Below are positions 37,865-47,080 of a stretch of 64,000 bases of DNA, piece after piece. The notes under the pieces are model-generated. The model was not told the origin of the DNA, did no database searches, and worked only from the letters and a program-made list of their open reading frames with translations. The stretch's first letter is position 1, and every line of letters begins with the position of its first letter. A program made the translations under genes and the position numbers. The DNA is taken from positions 30,912 through 94,911 of the forward strand of contig JAMOOX010000087.1 in the NCBI GenBank assembly GCA_027065045.1, given 5' to 3'. The stretch comes from Campylobacteraceae bacterium. GTDB taxonomy: Bacteria > Campylobacterota > Campylobacteria > Campylobacterales > Sulfurovaceae.

Positions 37865-40405
37865 ATGGACAGCAATATGATGAATACAATACATTTAAAT
37901 ATTAAAAATATATTACCTAAAATACTTACACCTATTATAACAAGTACAAATCAAAATACTTTTGTAGGTAGAAGTAAAGAGGTTGAGATAATTGATAAGT
38001 TCTTTGGTATTAGTAATGCCTTAGTCTTAGTTAGTTCACTTTCTGGTGTGGGTAAAAGCTCACTAGCTTCTCACTATTTAGAACTTCATAGAGAGGAGTT
38101 TGATTATTATGGTTATGTCAAAATTAATGATAGTTTTCGTCAAAGTTTCACATCATCATTTAAAATTTCACTAGGATTAGAACAGGGTAGATTAGATGAC
38201 CTATTTATTGAAGCTATTACAAAACTTAGTTATTTAGAGGGAAAAAAATTTCTTATTATAGATAATTCACAAGGTATAGAACTTCCATCTAATAAGATTA
38301 ATTTAGTTTTAAATCTAATCAACAAAGATTTCAAAATCTTATTTATATCAAATTCTAAAATTAAAGATATTAGAGATTATGAGATAGGTACATTGAGTAT
38401 TGATGATGCTTCTGCTCTTTTTATCAACTATTGTCCTACAAATGAGATAGAGAAAGTCAAGAAGATAGTCTCATATTGTGGTTATCATACATTTTTTCTA
38501 AAGCTTCTTGCAAAAAGAATTAGGAGTAATGAATATAATCTTGATGATATTATTGCAAAATTTGAAAACAAAGAGTTAATTTCACTACAAGATGGTGATA
38601 TTAATATGATTATAAATAGTAATATCCAAAAACTACTATTTATGCAACAATTAGATATTGAGTATATGACTCTATTAAAACGACTATCAGCACTACCTTC
38701 TATTGAAATAAAAGCTAATTTTATAAAAGAGTTACTAAAAGAAGAAGTAGAAGAGAAGTTAAATTCATTAGTATCTTGGGGGTGGATAAGTAAAAGAGGT
38801 GATAGCTATAAGTTACATCATATATTAAAAAACTATATATTAAACTATAATCATGCAACATTTAATGATATAGCCTCTATCGTAGAGTATTTTAATATGC
38901 TAATTAGCGATAGTCATTCAGCAGAAGCAGTAATAAATGCAAAGAAAAATCTTCTCTATCTAAAATCTCTTAAGATTATTTTACAAACATTTGATATTCA
39001 ACATAGTACAATTTCAACCTTTTATGAGAACTTAGGTAATATATATTATCATCTAGGTGAGTATGATAAAGCTCTTGAAATTTCACATAAATCTCTTAAA
39101 CTTTTGATAAAGGCAAATGGTGAAGATAGTATAAAAGTAGCTCAAAATTATAATGATTTAGGATTGGTTTATAAATCTAAAAAAGATTATGGAAGAGCCT
39201 TATCTCTTCTTAAAAAAGCACTTCTTATCCGTATCAAACTATTAGGCAATACCCATATTAATACAGCTAGAAGTTATAATAATGTAGGATTAGTTTATAG
39301 ATTAAGTGGTAATTATGATGAAGCATTGAAGTATTTTAATAAAGGATTAGTGATAAATGAGTCTATTTTAGGAAAATACTCTATCAATATATCATATATT
39401 TATAATAACATAGCCCTTACTTATCAAGAAATTTTAGATTATAAAAAGGCTCAACTGTTTTTTCAAAAAGCAATCAAAATAAGAGAAAAACATTTAGGCA
39501 AAAATCATTTAGATACAGCTATGGCATATAGTAATCTAGCAATTCTTTATAGAGATATTAAAAAATACTCAAGAGCATTATCACTACTAAAAAAATCAAT
39601 AGAGATTTATACAACAATATTAGGTGAGACTCATCAAAGGAGTATATCTAATTATAATAAAATGGCACTAATTTATCAAGATATGAATAGTGAGCAGTTA
39701 GCTATGGATTATATCAAAAAGGTTCTCAAAATCAAGCTAACTACTCTAGGAGAGTATCACCCTAAAACTGCACTTGCTTATAATAATCTAGGATTGATGT
39801 ATCTTTCAAAAAATGATTATAGTGGGGCTAGACAACTATTTAAAAAAGCTTTTTCAATTCTTAAAAATATTTTAGGAGAGTCTAATTTAGATACAGCACT
39901 TGTAAGATATAACTTAGCCATTACTCACTTTTTAATGAAAGATTATCAATATGCTAGACCAATATTTACAAAAGCATTAGATACATATGAAGAAATTTTG
40001 GGAATATCACATCCTAAAACAATTAGAATTAAAAATTCACTAGCAGTAGTTTATGCACAGCTTTTAAGAGATGATAAAGCAATGGAGATATATTATGAGA
40101 GTATTGTTATATCACAAGATAGAGATTTAAATACAGCACTTAGCTACCATAATATAGCAACTCTACTATTTAATAAAGAGGAGTATCAAGAGTCTTATGA
40201 GAATATGCTAGAGTGCGTAGAGATTAGAAGCAAACTATTAAGTAAAAAAGATTCATCTCTAATAAATGCCAAAAATAAACTTACAATTATGAAAGATATA
40301 TTAAATAAACTTCAAAATAGTAGAAAAATAGATGATTTTTTGAAATTTAAATTAGACTTTTTTGTAAGTGATAAAACCTTAGATAATTTACTTGTGATGA
40401 GATAA
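37865..40405 (+). CDS. P-loop NTPase (NB-ARC/STAND-like) fused to a long TPR array, paralogue 1
   Basis: FVGRSKEVEIIDKF, then Walker A LSGVGKSS and Walker B KFLIIDNS. About 10 kinesin-light-chain-type TPR_12 repeats follow (A..YNNLGLVY...Y..AL..L.KAL.I....LG..H..TA). The ATG at 37865 with an AAGGA RBS is preferred over the TTG at 37790. Confidence 0.8.
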   Translation: MDSNMMNTIHLNIKNILPKILTPIITSTNQNTFVGRSKEVEIIDKFFGISNALVLVSSLSGVGKSSLASHYLELHREEFDYYGYVKINDSFRQSFTSSFKISLGLEQGRLDDLFIEAITKLSYLEGKKFLIIDNSQGIELPSNKINLVLNLINKDFKILFISNSKIKDIRDYEIGTLSIDDASALFINYCPTNEIEKVKKIVSYCGYHTFFLKLLAKRIRSNEYNLDDIIAKFENKELISLQDGDINMIINSNIQKLLFMQQLDIEYMTLLKRLSALPSIEIKANFIKELLKEEVEEKLNSLVSWGWISKRGDSYKLHHILKNYILNYNHATFNDIASIVEYFNMLISDSHSAEAVINAKKNLLYLKSLKIILQTFDIQHSTISTFYENLGNIYYHLGEYDKALEISHKSLKLLIKANGEDSIKVAQNYNDLGLVYKSKKDYGRALSLLKKALLIRIKLLGNTHINTARSYNNVGLVYRLSGNYDEALKYFNKGLVINESILGKYSINISYIYNNIALTYQEILDYKKAQLFFQKAIKIREKHLGKNHLDTAMAYSNLAILYRDIKKYSRALSLLKKSIEIYTTILGETHQRSISNYNKMALIYQDMNSEQLAMDYIKKVLKIKLTTLGEYHPKTALAYNNLGLMYLSKNDYSGARQLFKKAFSILKNILGESNLDTALVRYNLAITHFLMKDYQYARPIFTKALDTYEEILGISHPKTIRIKNSLAVVYAQLLRDDKAMEIYYESIVISQDRDLNTALSYHNIATLLFNKEEYQESYENMLECVEIRSKLLSKKDSSLINAKNKLTIMKDILNKLQNSRKIDDFLKFKLDFFVSDKTLDNLLVMR

Positions 40406-40444
40406 GATTATATTCAATTAATATTATTTGTGATATAATATATA

Positions 40445-42976
40445 ATGTTTAAGAAAAACCATATATGTTTGATGCCAAAAAAAACATTTAAAGTACTTAC
40501 TCCTATTGTAACACATATAAATAAAAATACTTTTGTAGGTAGAGCTAAAGAGGTAGATATAATTGATAAATTTTTTACTATTAGTAATGCTTTGGTACTT
40601 ACAAGTGATATTGGTGGTGTTGGTAGGAGTAGCTTAGCTTCTCACTATTTAGATATTAATATAAATAAATTTGATTATTATGGTTATATTAAAATTAATG
40701 ATAGTTTTCGTCAAAGTTTTACATCATCATTTAAAGAGTCATTATCACTAGAACAAAATAGTTTAAATGACCTATTTATTGAAGCTATTACAAAACTTGG
40801 AAATTTAAATGGTAATAAATTTCTTATTATAGATAACTCCAAAGGTATAGAAGTATCTAAACATAAACTAAATCTAATTTTAAATCTAATTAATAAAAAT
40901 TTTAAAATACTTTTTATATCTAATAAAAAAATCAAAGATATTAGAGATTATGAGATAGGTGCATTGAGTGTTGATGATGCTCTACAACTATTTATCAACT
41001 ATTGTCCTACATCCCAAAAAAAGAGTGTAGAGAAAATAGTAGAATATTGTGGTTATCATACATTCTTTATTAAATTATTAGCAAAAAGAGTTTATAGTAG
41101 TGGATATAACTTAGATAAAATTATAGATATGTTTAATTCCAAGCAGTTAATGCCTTTGAAAAAAGGAAATATTATGCTTCTTATTAATATCAATATTCAA
41201 AAACTATTTTTTATGCAAAAATTAGATAGAGAGTGTATATCTCTTCTTAAGAAATTATCAGCCCTACCATCTATTGAGATTAGTTCAGATTTTATATCTA
41301 TACTACTCAAAGATAAGCTTAGAGATAAATTAGAAGCTTTGGCATTTTTTGGGTGGATTAGTAAGCAAGGTAATGGTTATAAACTCCATCACATAGTAAA
41401 AAATCATATATTAAATTATAATCATGCTACATTTAATGATATAACATATATAGTTGAGTATTTTAATCATTTAATCAAGGATAGTTATTCCAAAGAGGCT
41501 TTAATAAATGCTAAAAAAAATCTTTTATATTTTAAATCACTAAATAGTATTTTACAAAGATTTGATATTCAGCATGATAAAATATCAACATTTTATCAAA
41601 ACTTAGCTAGTATATATCATCAATTAGGAGAAGATAATAAAGCTATTGAAATTTTAAATAAATCACTTGTTAATAATAAACACTCTCTTAAAGGAGCTAA
41701 AAATTATAATAATTTAGGTCTAATATATAAATCATCAAAAGAGTATAAAAATGCACTATATTGGCTCAATAAATCACTTAATATTAGAATAGATATATTG
41801 GGTGAATTTAATATTGAAACAGCTAGAAGTTATAATAATGTAGGATTGATATATAGATTAATTGGTAACTATGAAAAGGCTTTTATATATTTTAATAAAT
41901 CTCTAAATATCAAAGATAAACTTTTAGATAAGTATGATATTGAAAGGTCATATCTATATCATAATATGGCACTTACTTATCAACAAATATTAGATTATAA
42001 AAAAGCTCAATTCTATTTCCAAAAAGTTATTAAAATTAGAGAAAAATATTTAGGTAAAAATAGCTTAGAGACTGCAATGGGATATAGTAATCTAGCACTT
42101 TTATATAGAGATATAAATAAACACTCAATGGCACTATCTTTACTAAAAAAATCTATCAAAATTTATAAAAATAATTTGGGAGAAGAGCATCAAAAGAGTG
42201 TATATAACTACAATTATATTGCACAAATATATAAAGATATAAATAGTGATGATTTAGCGATGCATTATATTAAAAAAGTTCTTAAGATTGATTTAACTCA
42301 TCTAGGAGAGTATCATCCTAAAACTGCTCTTGCATATAATAATTTAGGATTATTATATCTTTCAAAAAATAATTATACTCAATCAAAAGCATTTTTTGTT
42401 AAATCTATATCAATACTTAAAAATATATTAGGAGAAGAGCATTTAGATTGTGCCATAATAAGTGTAAATTTAGCTATTAGCAAATATTTTATAAAAGATT
42501 ATATAGATAGCAAAAGAATTTTAATCAAAGCATTAAATACCTATGAAAATATCTTAGGAATATTACATCCCAAAACACTCTCCCTTCAAAATCTTTTAGC
42601 TTTACTATTTGCTAAATTAAATAGATATGATAAAGCATTAGATATCTACCATCAAAGTATTAATCATTCAAAATCTGTTATAAAAGATGGAGATTTAAAT
42701 ACAGCACTTAGCTATCATAATATTTCTATTATATTTTTACATATAAAAGAGTATGAAAAAGCCTTAATTAATATGCAAAAATGTGTAGATATAAGATTAA
42801 GACTACTACCAAGAAAAGATAAATATTTATTAAACACCATAGATAAAATGATTATAATAAAAAATCTTTTATACAAAGAAAAAAAATGTAGAGAAGTCGA
42901 TGATTTTATAGAGTTAGATTTTGATATATTTACAAGTGATAAACATTTAGATAACCTTTTTATGATGAGGGAGTAA
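40445..42976 (+). CDS. P-loop NTPase (NB-ARC/STAND-like) + TPR array, paralogue 2 (Walker A Lys replaced by Arg)
   Basis: Collinear with paralogue 1 along its whole length and roughly two-thirds identical by eye. Walker A reads IGGVGRSS (AGG codon at 40625-40627). Walker B is KFLIIDNS. Confidence 0.8.
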   Translation: MFKKNHICLMPKKTFKVLTPIVTHINKNTFVGRAKEVDIIDKFFTISNALVLTSDIGGVGRSSLASHYLDININKFDYYGYIKINDSFRQSFTSSFKESLSLEQNSLNDLFIEAITKLGNLNGNKFLIIDNSKGIEVSKHKLNLILNLINKNFKILFISNKKIKDIRDYEIGALSVDDALQLFINYCPTSQKKSVEKIVEYCGYHTFFIKLLAKRVYSSGYNLDKIIDMFNSKQLMPLKKGNIMLLININIQKLFFMQKLDRECISLLKKLSALPSIEISSDFISILLKDKLRDKLEALAFFGWISKQGNGYKLHHIVKNHILNYNHATFNDITYIVEYFNHLIKDSYSKEALINAKKNLLYFKSLNSILQRFDIQHDKISTFYQNLASIYHQLGEDNKAIEILNKSLVNNKHSLKGAKNYNNLGLIYKSSKEYKNALYWLNKSLNIRIDILGEFNIETARSYNNVGLIYRLIGNYEKAFIYFNKSLNIKDKLLDKYDIERSYLYHNMALTYQQILDYKKAQFYFQKVIKIREKYLGKNSLETAMGYSNLALLYRDINKHSMALSLLKKSIKIYKNNLGEEHQKSVYNYNYIAQIYKDINSDDLAMHYIKKVLKIDLTHLGEYHPKTALAYNNLGLLYLSKNNYTQSKAFFVKSISILKNILGEEHLDCAIISVNLAISKYFIKDYIDSKRILIKALNTYENILGILHPKTLSLQNLLALLFAKLNRYDKALDIYHQSINHSKSVIKDGDLNTALSYHNISIIFLHIKEYEKALINMQKCVDIRLRLLPRKDKYLLNTIDKMIIIKNLLYKEKKCREVDDFIELDFDIFTSDKHLDNLFMMRE

Positions 42977-43033
42977 TATAGTTATCTAAATTATAATATA
43001 TTTTACCAATAGCACAAGATATAAAACTATTTA

Positions 43034-43390
43034 CTAAACTCTAACCTGCTTTAAAGCACTCTCAACCAAAAATGTACTACGGTTAATATTATGACTTTTA
43101 GCATAACTATCAATTTTTTCAAGAGCATAGATAGGTACTGTTATATTAATTCTCTTTGTTTTCATTAGATGAGATGGCTCTTTTATCTCTTCACCATTTT
43201 CCAAAGCAACCTCTAAATAACAAGAAAATGCTGATTTAACATCATTTATTGCCTCTTCTATAGTCTCTCCATCACCCATAACACCTTTAAAATCTTTATA
43301 ATAAGCAAAATATCCACCACCATCTTGTGAAGTTATTTTTCGTATTATTATCTCATAGTCTAAGTTTAGATAGTAATTTATTGTTTTCAT
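43034..43390 (-). CDS. hicB: HicB-family antitoxin with C-terminal ribbon-helix-helix domain
   Basis: The N-terminal HicB fold-like segment reads YEIIIRKITSQDGGGYFAYYKDFKGVMGDGETIEEAINDVKSA. The C-terminal RHH/CopG-like segment reads KRINITVPIYALEKIDSYAKSHNINRSTFLVESA. The ATG at 43390 with an AAGGAA RBS is preferred. Confidence 0.75.
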   Translation of the reverse strand: MKTINYYLNLDYEIIIRKITSQDGGGYFAYYKDFKGVMGDGETIEEAINDVKSAFSCYLEVALENGEEIKEPSHLMKTKRINITVPIYALEKIDSYAKSHNINRSTFLVESALKQVRV

Positions 43391-43418
43391 ATTAAGTTCC
43401 TTATATATCATAATAATA

Positions 43419-43436
43419 TGTATAAATTATTATACA
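43419..43436. promoter_or_regulatory. palindromic operator candidate in the hicB/hicA divergent promoter region
   Basis: TGTATAA-atta-TTATACA, with perfect 7-bp arms, lies 29 bp upstream of the hicB start. It is a plausible RHH-repressor site. Confidence 0.4.
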
Positions 43437-43527
43437 CATATATATCTTTAAAAATATTAAATTTCAATCTAAACCTAATAAAAATAATAATATAATCTAT
43501 TTTGAAACTATACTCAAGGATTTTATA

Positions 43528-43761
43528 ATGAGTAAAAAAGAAAAATTATTAAATGCTATAAAAAATAACCCTAAAAATGTAAGATTTGAAGATTTAAAAA
43601 AAGTTTTGGAAGATATAGGATATAAAGGAATTAATCGTGGTGGTAGTCATTATATTTTTACAAAAAACAATAATATATCATTAACTATTCCATATAAAAA
43701 ACCTGTAAAAATAATTTATGTAAAACAAGTTATCAAAATAATTGAAGAGGAGAGAATTTAA
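43528..43761 (+). CDS. hicA: HicA-family (YcfA-like) mRNA interferase toxin
   Basis: 77 aa. FEDLKKVLEDIGYKGINRGGSHYIFTK... fits the HicA dsRBD-like fold with the conserved G-S-H. Confidence 0.75.
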   Translation: MSKKEKLLNAIKNNPKNVRFEDLKKVLEDIGYKGINRGGSHYIFTKNNNISLTIPYKKPVKIIYVKQVIKIIEEERI

Positions 43762-43790
43762 ACTCTCTCCTCTATACTAAAAGAGACTAA

Positions 43791-45968
43791 TTATATAGCA
43801 TCAATAATAGAATTTAAAGTAGCAGATGGTCTCATAGCCTTCTCTGCTAACTCATCATTAGGGTGGTAGTATCCACCAATATCTTGTGCATTTCCTTCCA
43901 TTGCTAACAACTCTTCAATAATTTTAGCTTCATTATCTTGTAATGCTTTTGCAACAGGAGCAAATTTTTCTGCTAATGCAGGTACTTCTGTTTGTTTAGC
44001 TAGTGCATCTGCCCAATATTGAGCTACAAAGAAATGAGAAGCTTTGTTATCTGGTTCTCCACATTTTCTGCTTGGTGCTTTGTTGTTATCAAGGTAACCA
44101 TCATTTGCAATATCAAGAGCATTTGTAACTGCTTGAAGCTCTGCTGAATCATGCTTTTTAGCGATAAATCTTAGAGACTCTGCTAATGCTAAGAACTCTC
44201 CTAAACTATCCCATCTTAAATGACCCTCTGCTAAGAATTGGTCAACATGTTTTGGAGCTGAACCACCTGCACCAGTTTCATATAATCCACCACCTGCTAG
44301 TAAAGGAACGATTGAAAGCATTTTAGCACTAGTGCCTAGCTCTAAAATTGGGTACATATCTGTTAAGTGGTCTCTTAATACATTTCCAGTTACTGCGATT
44401 GTATTTTCACCAGCTCTTACTCTTGCATTTGTAAATCTTGTTGCAGATGTGATGTCCATAAATTGAATATCTAAACCATCTGTATCAAGGTCAGCTAGGT
44501 AAGTTTTTGCTTTTTTAATCATCTGTGCATCATGAGCTCTATTTTCATCTAACCAAAAAATTACAGGAACTTGCTCGATTTGACCTCTCTCAACTGCTAG
44601 TCTTACCCAGTCTTTGATTGGAATATCTTTTGCTCTACTCATTCTCCAAATATCACCTGCTTCACAATCAAAGCTCATAAGTTCTGTACCATCTTGGGCT
44701 GTTACAGTTACTTTCCCTGCCTCTGCTAATTCAAATGTAGTTGGATGAGAACCATACTCTTCTGCTTTTTGAGCCATAAGACCAACATTTGCCATTGAAC
44801 CCATTGTTGTAACATCATATTGACCATTTTTAACACAATCAGCCACCATTTCAGCATGGAACATTGCATAAGTAGAATCAGGAACAACAGCTACACACTC
44901 TTTTGCATCACCATTTCTATTCCACTGCTTACCACCTTCTCTTACAACAACAGGCATAGAAGCATCAATAATTACATCATTTGATGCATTAAAGTTTGTT
45001 GTACCTTTATCACTATCAACCATTGCGATTTCAGGATTATCAGACTCTACTACTGCTTGAAATGCCTCTTTGATTTCATTTTCAAGTGCATGACCTGCTA
45101 TTTTTTGCTCTAAATCACTCATACCTTGATTTGGATTTACATTAAGTTGGGCGAATGTATCTGCATATTTATCAAATACATCTTGGAAGAATACTGTAAA
45201 TGCGTGACCAAACATAATTGGGTCAGAGATTTTCATCATTGTAGCTTTAAGGTGAATTGACCATAAAACTCCATTCTCTTTTGCATCTTCAATTGATTTT
45301 GCTATAAATGTTTTAAGTTTAGCAACAGACATAAATGTACCATCTAAAACCTCTTTATCAATAGCATCAATTGTTGCTAACTCATTTCCATTAAGAGCTA
45401 TAGTAACTTTTTGACCTTTTTCCATAGTAACTGATTGTTCATTTCCATAGAAATCACCATCACCTGCCATATGAGCAACATAAGATTTTGGATTTTCTGG
45501 GAATGCTTTTAGTCTATGTGGGTTGTTTTGTGCAAATTTCTTAACAGCTTTTGCTGCTCTTCTATCTGAATTTCCCTCTCTTAGTACTGGATTAACAGCA
45601 CTTCCTAGACATACACTATATTTAGCTTGAATAGCCTCTTCTTCTGCATTTGCTGGGTTTTCAGGGTAAGAAGGAATATCAAAACCTTGACCTTGAAGCT
45701 CTGCAATACAATCTTTAAGTTGTCCAACAGATGCTGAAACATTTGGTAACTTAATAATATTTCCATCTTCTTCTAAAACAACTTCACCTAATTTAGATAA
45801 CTCATCTTCTGCTAAACCCATAGCTGATAAAACTCTACCTGCTAATGAAATATCAGAAGTAACAACATCAACTCCACCTGCTTTTGTAAATGCATTTACG
45901 ATTGGTAAAAGCGAATAAGTTGCTAATGCCGGTGCTTCATCTATTTTTGACCATATAATTTTTGACAT
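43791..45968 (-). CDS. icd: monomeric NADP-dependent isocitrate dehydrogenase
   Basis: 725 aa. MSKIIWSKIDEAPALATYSLLPIV... is the characteristic monomeric-IDH N-terminus, and the length fits. Confidence 0.93.
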   Translation of the reverse strand: MSKIIWSKIDEAPALATYSLLPIVNAFTKAGGVDVVTSDISLAGRVLSAMGLAEDELSKLGEVVLEEDGNIIKLPNVSASVGQLKDCIAELQGQGFDIPSYPENPANAEEEAIQAKYSVCLGSAVNPVLREGNSDRRAAKAVKKFAQNNPHRLKAFPENPKSYVAHMAGDGDFYGNEQSVTMEKGQKVTIALNGNELATIDAIDKEVLDGTFMSVAKLKTFIAKSIEDAKENGVLWSIHLKATMMKISDPIMFGHAFTVFFQDVFDKYADTFAQLNVNPNQGMSDLEQKIAGHALENEIKEAFQAVVESDNPEIAMVDSDKGTTNFNASNDVIIDASMPVVVREGGKQWNRNGDAKECVAVVPDSTYAMFHAEMVADCVKNGQYDVTTMGSMANVGLMAQKAEEYGSHPTTFELAEAGKVTVTAQDGTELMSFDCEAGDIWRMSRAKDIPIKDWVRLAVERGQIEQVPVIFWLDENRAHDAQMIKKAKTYLADLDTDGLDIQFMDITSATRFTNARVRAGENTIAVTGNVLRDHLTDMYPILELGTSAKMLSIVPLLAGGGLYETGAGGSAPKHVDQFLAEGHLRWDSLGEFLALAESLRFIAKKHDSAELQAVTNALDIANDGYLDNNKAPSRKCGEPDNKASHFFVAQYWADALAKQTEVPALAEKFAPVAKALQDNEAKIIEELLAMEGNAQDIGGYYHPNDELAEKAMRPSATLNSIIDAI

Positions 45969-46119
45969 ATTTATCTATCTCCTAGAAAAAATTTTAATAT
46001 ATTACAATATTATCACAAAGAGTGAATATAACTCATTTTGCTTATAACTTTTATAACTCTTTTTGAATATCTGTTTCATTTATACTCATAATATTTTATA
46101 GTGTTACTTTTTTACACAT

Positions 46120-46998
46120 CTATCTATATACTCTTAGAACTCTATCTATCATCAATTTTTGAGTTTTACTATCTCCATCTTGTGTCTCTATGTTAATATA
46201 TTTTGTACTATTTTTATTTAATACTACAAAATTAGACATAGAACAATCATTACGATTTGGATTGATTAGTTCATATTTGATATTAAGTCCTAGATTATTA
46301 AATCTTTTGACTTTATTATAATCTACCCCTTTTTTAGAGGCTAGATATATTAAGCTATCTTCATCTTTGAGACCTCTTTTATTACCTCTTAGAATATCAT
46401 TAGCTTTAAAACATTTTGTACTATTACTACAATGAAGCATAGATACACCTCCCCCACCTCCACTATCTCTATGCCCATTAGCATTACTATGAAGAGCTAG
46501 ATATGGCATATTTGGAGTTTTGAAATAATCTATAATTTTAAATATAGTATTACTATATAGTGGTGCTTTATATTTTTGACCTCTACATACTCTAGTAGTT
46601 TTTCTATCTACTCCAAAGTTGCGATTTGGGTCTTGATTTTTAAAGTATCTACTACCATTTGCTAATACAGATAAAAATCCTCCACCATATTTATTAGCTG
46701 AATATATAGCACTATCAAAAGCACTATTTTCATTATCATGAGGGAGATACCAAAATGCACCTTTTGGAGTATTTTCATTCCATACCAAAAGAAATCTCCA
46801 ATTATATATATGCTCTTTTAGTAACACTTCTTTGATACATAGAGAGGATAAATTATATCTATTTCGTTTTAAATCACTATATCTATTTATATCTGTAACC
46901 TCAATTGAGTGAATAGATGATAATTGTGATGGAAGAGGACAGTTCTTTGCATTTATTGATGTTAATAATATTAAAAATAATCCAATAACTCGTTTCAT
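46120..46998 (-). CDS. secreted hypothetical protein, possible M14-like zinc hydrolase
   Basis: Signal peptide, then an ordered H-D-N-E (HxxE), DPNRNF and LALHSNANGH, which resembles the M14 zinc-carboxypeptidase ligand pattern. A GGGGG loop is also present. The family assignment is tentative. Confidence 0.4.
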   Translation of the reverse strand: MKRVIGLFLILLTSINAKNCPLPSQLSSIHSIEVTDINRYSDLKRNRYNLSSLCIKEVLLKEHIYNWRFLLVWNENTPKGAFWYLPHDNENSAFDSAIYSANKYGGGFLSVLANGSRYFKNQDPNRNFGVDRKTTRVCRGQKYKAPLYSNTIFKIIDYFKTPNMPYLALHSNANGHRDSGGGGGVSMLHCSNSTKCFKANDILRGNKRGLKDEDSLIYLASKKGVDYNKVKRFNNLGLNIKYELINPNRNDCSMSNFVVLNKNSTKYINIETQDGDSKTQKLMIDRVLRVYR

Positions 46999-47080
46999 AA
47001 TGTAACTCCTTTAAAGAATAATTATACTCTTTTTTGTTATTATATCATTCTCAACTATATAATAACAAAGATTAATAAAA

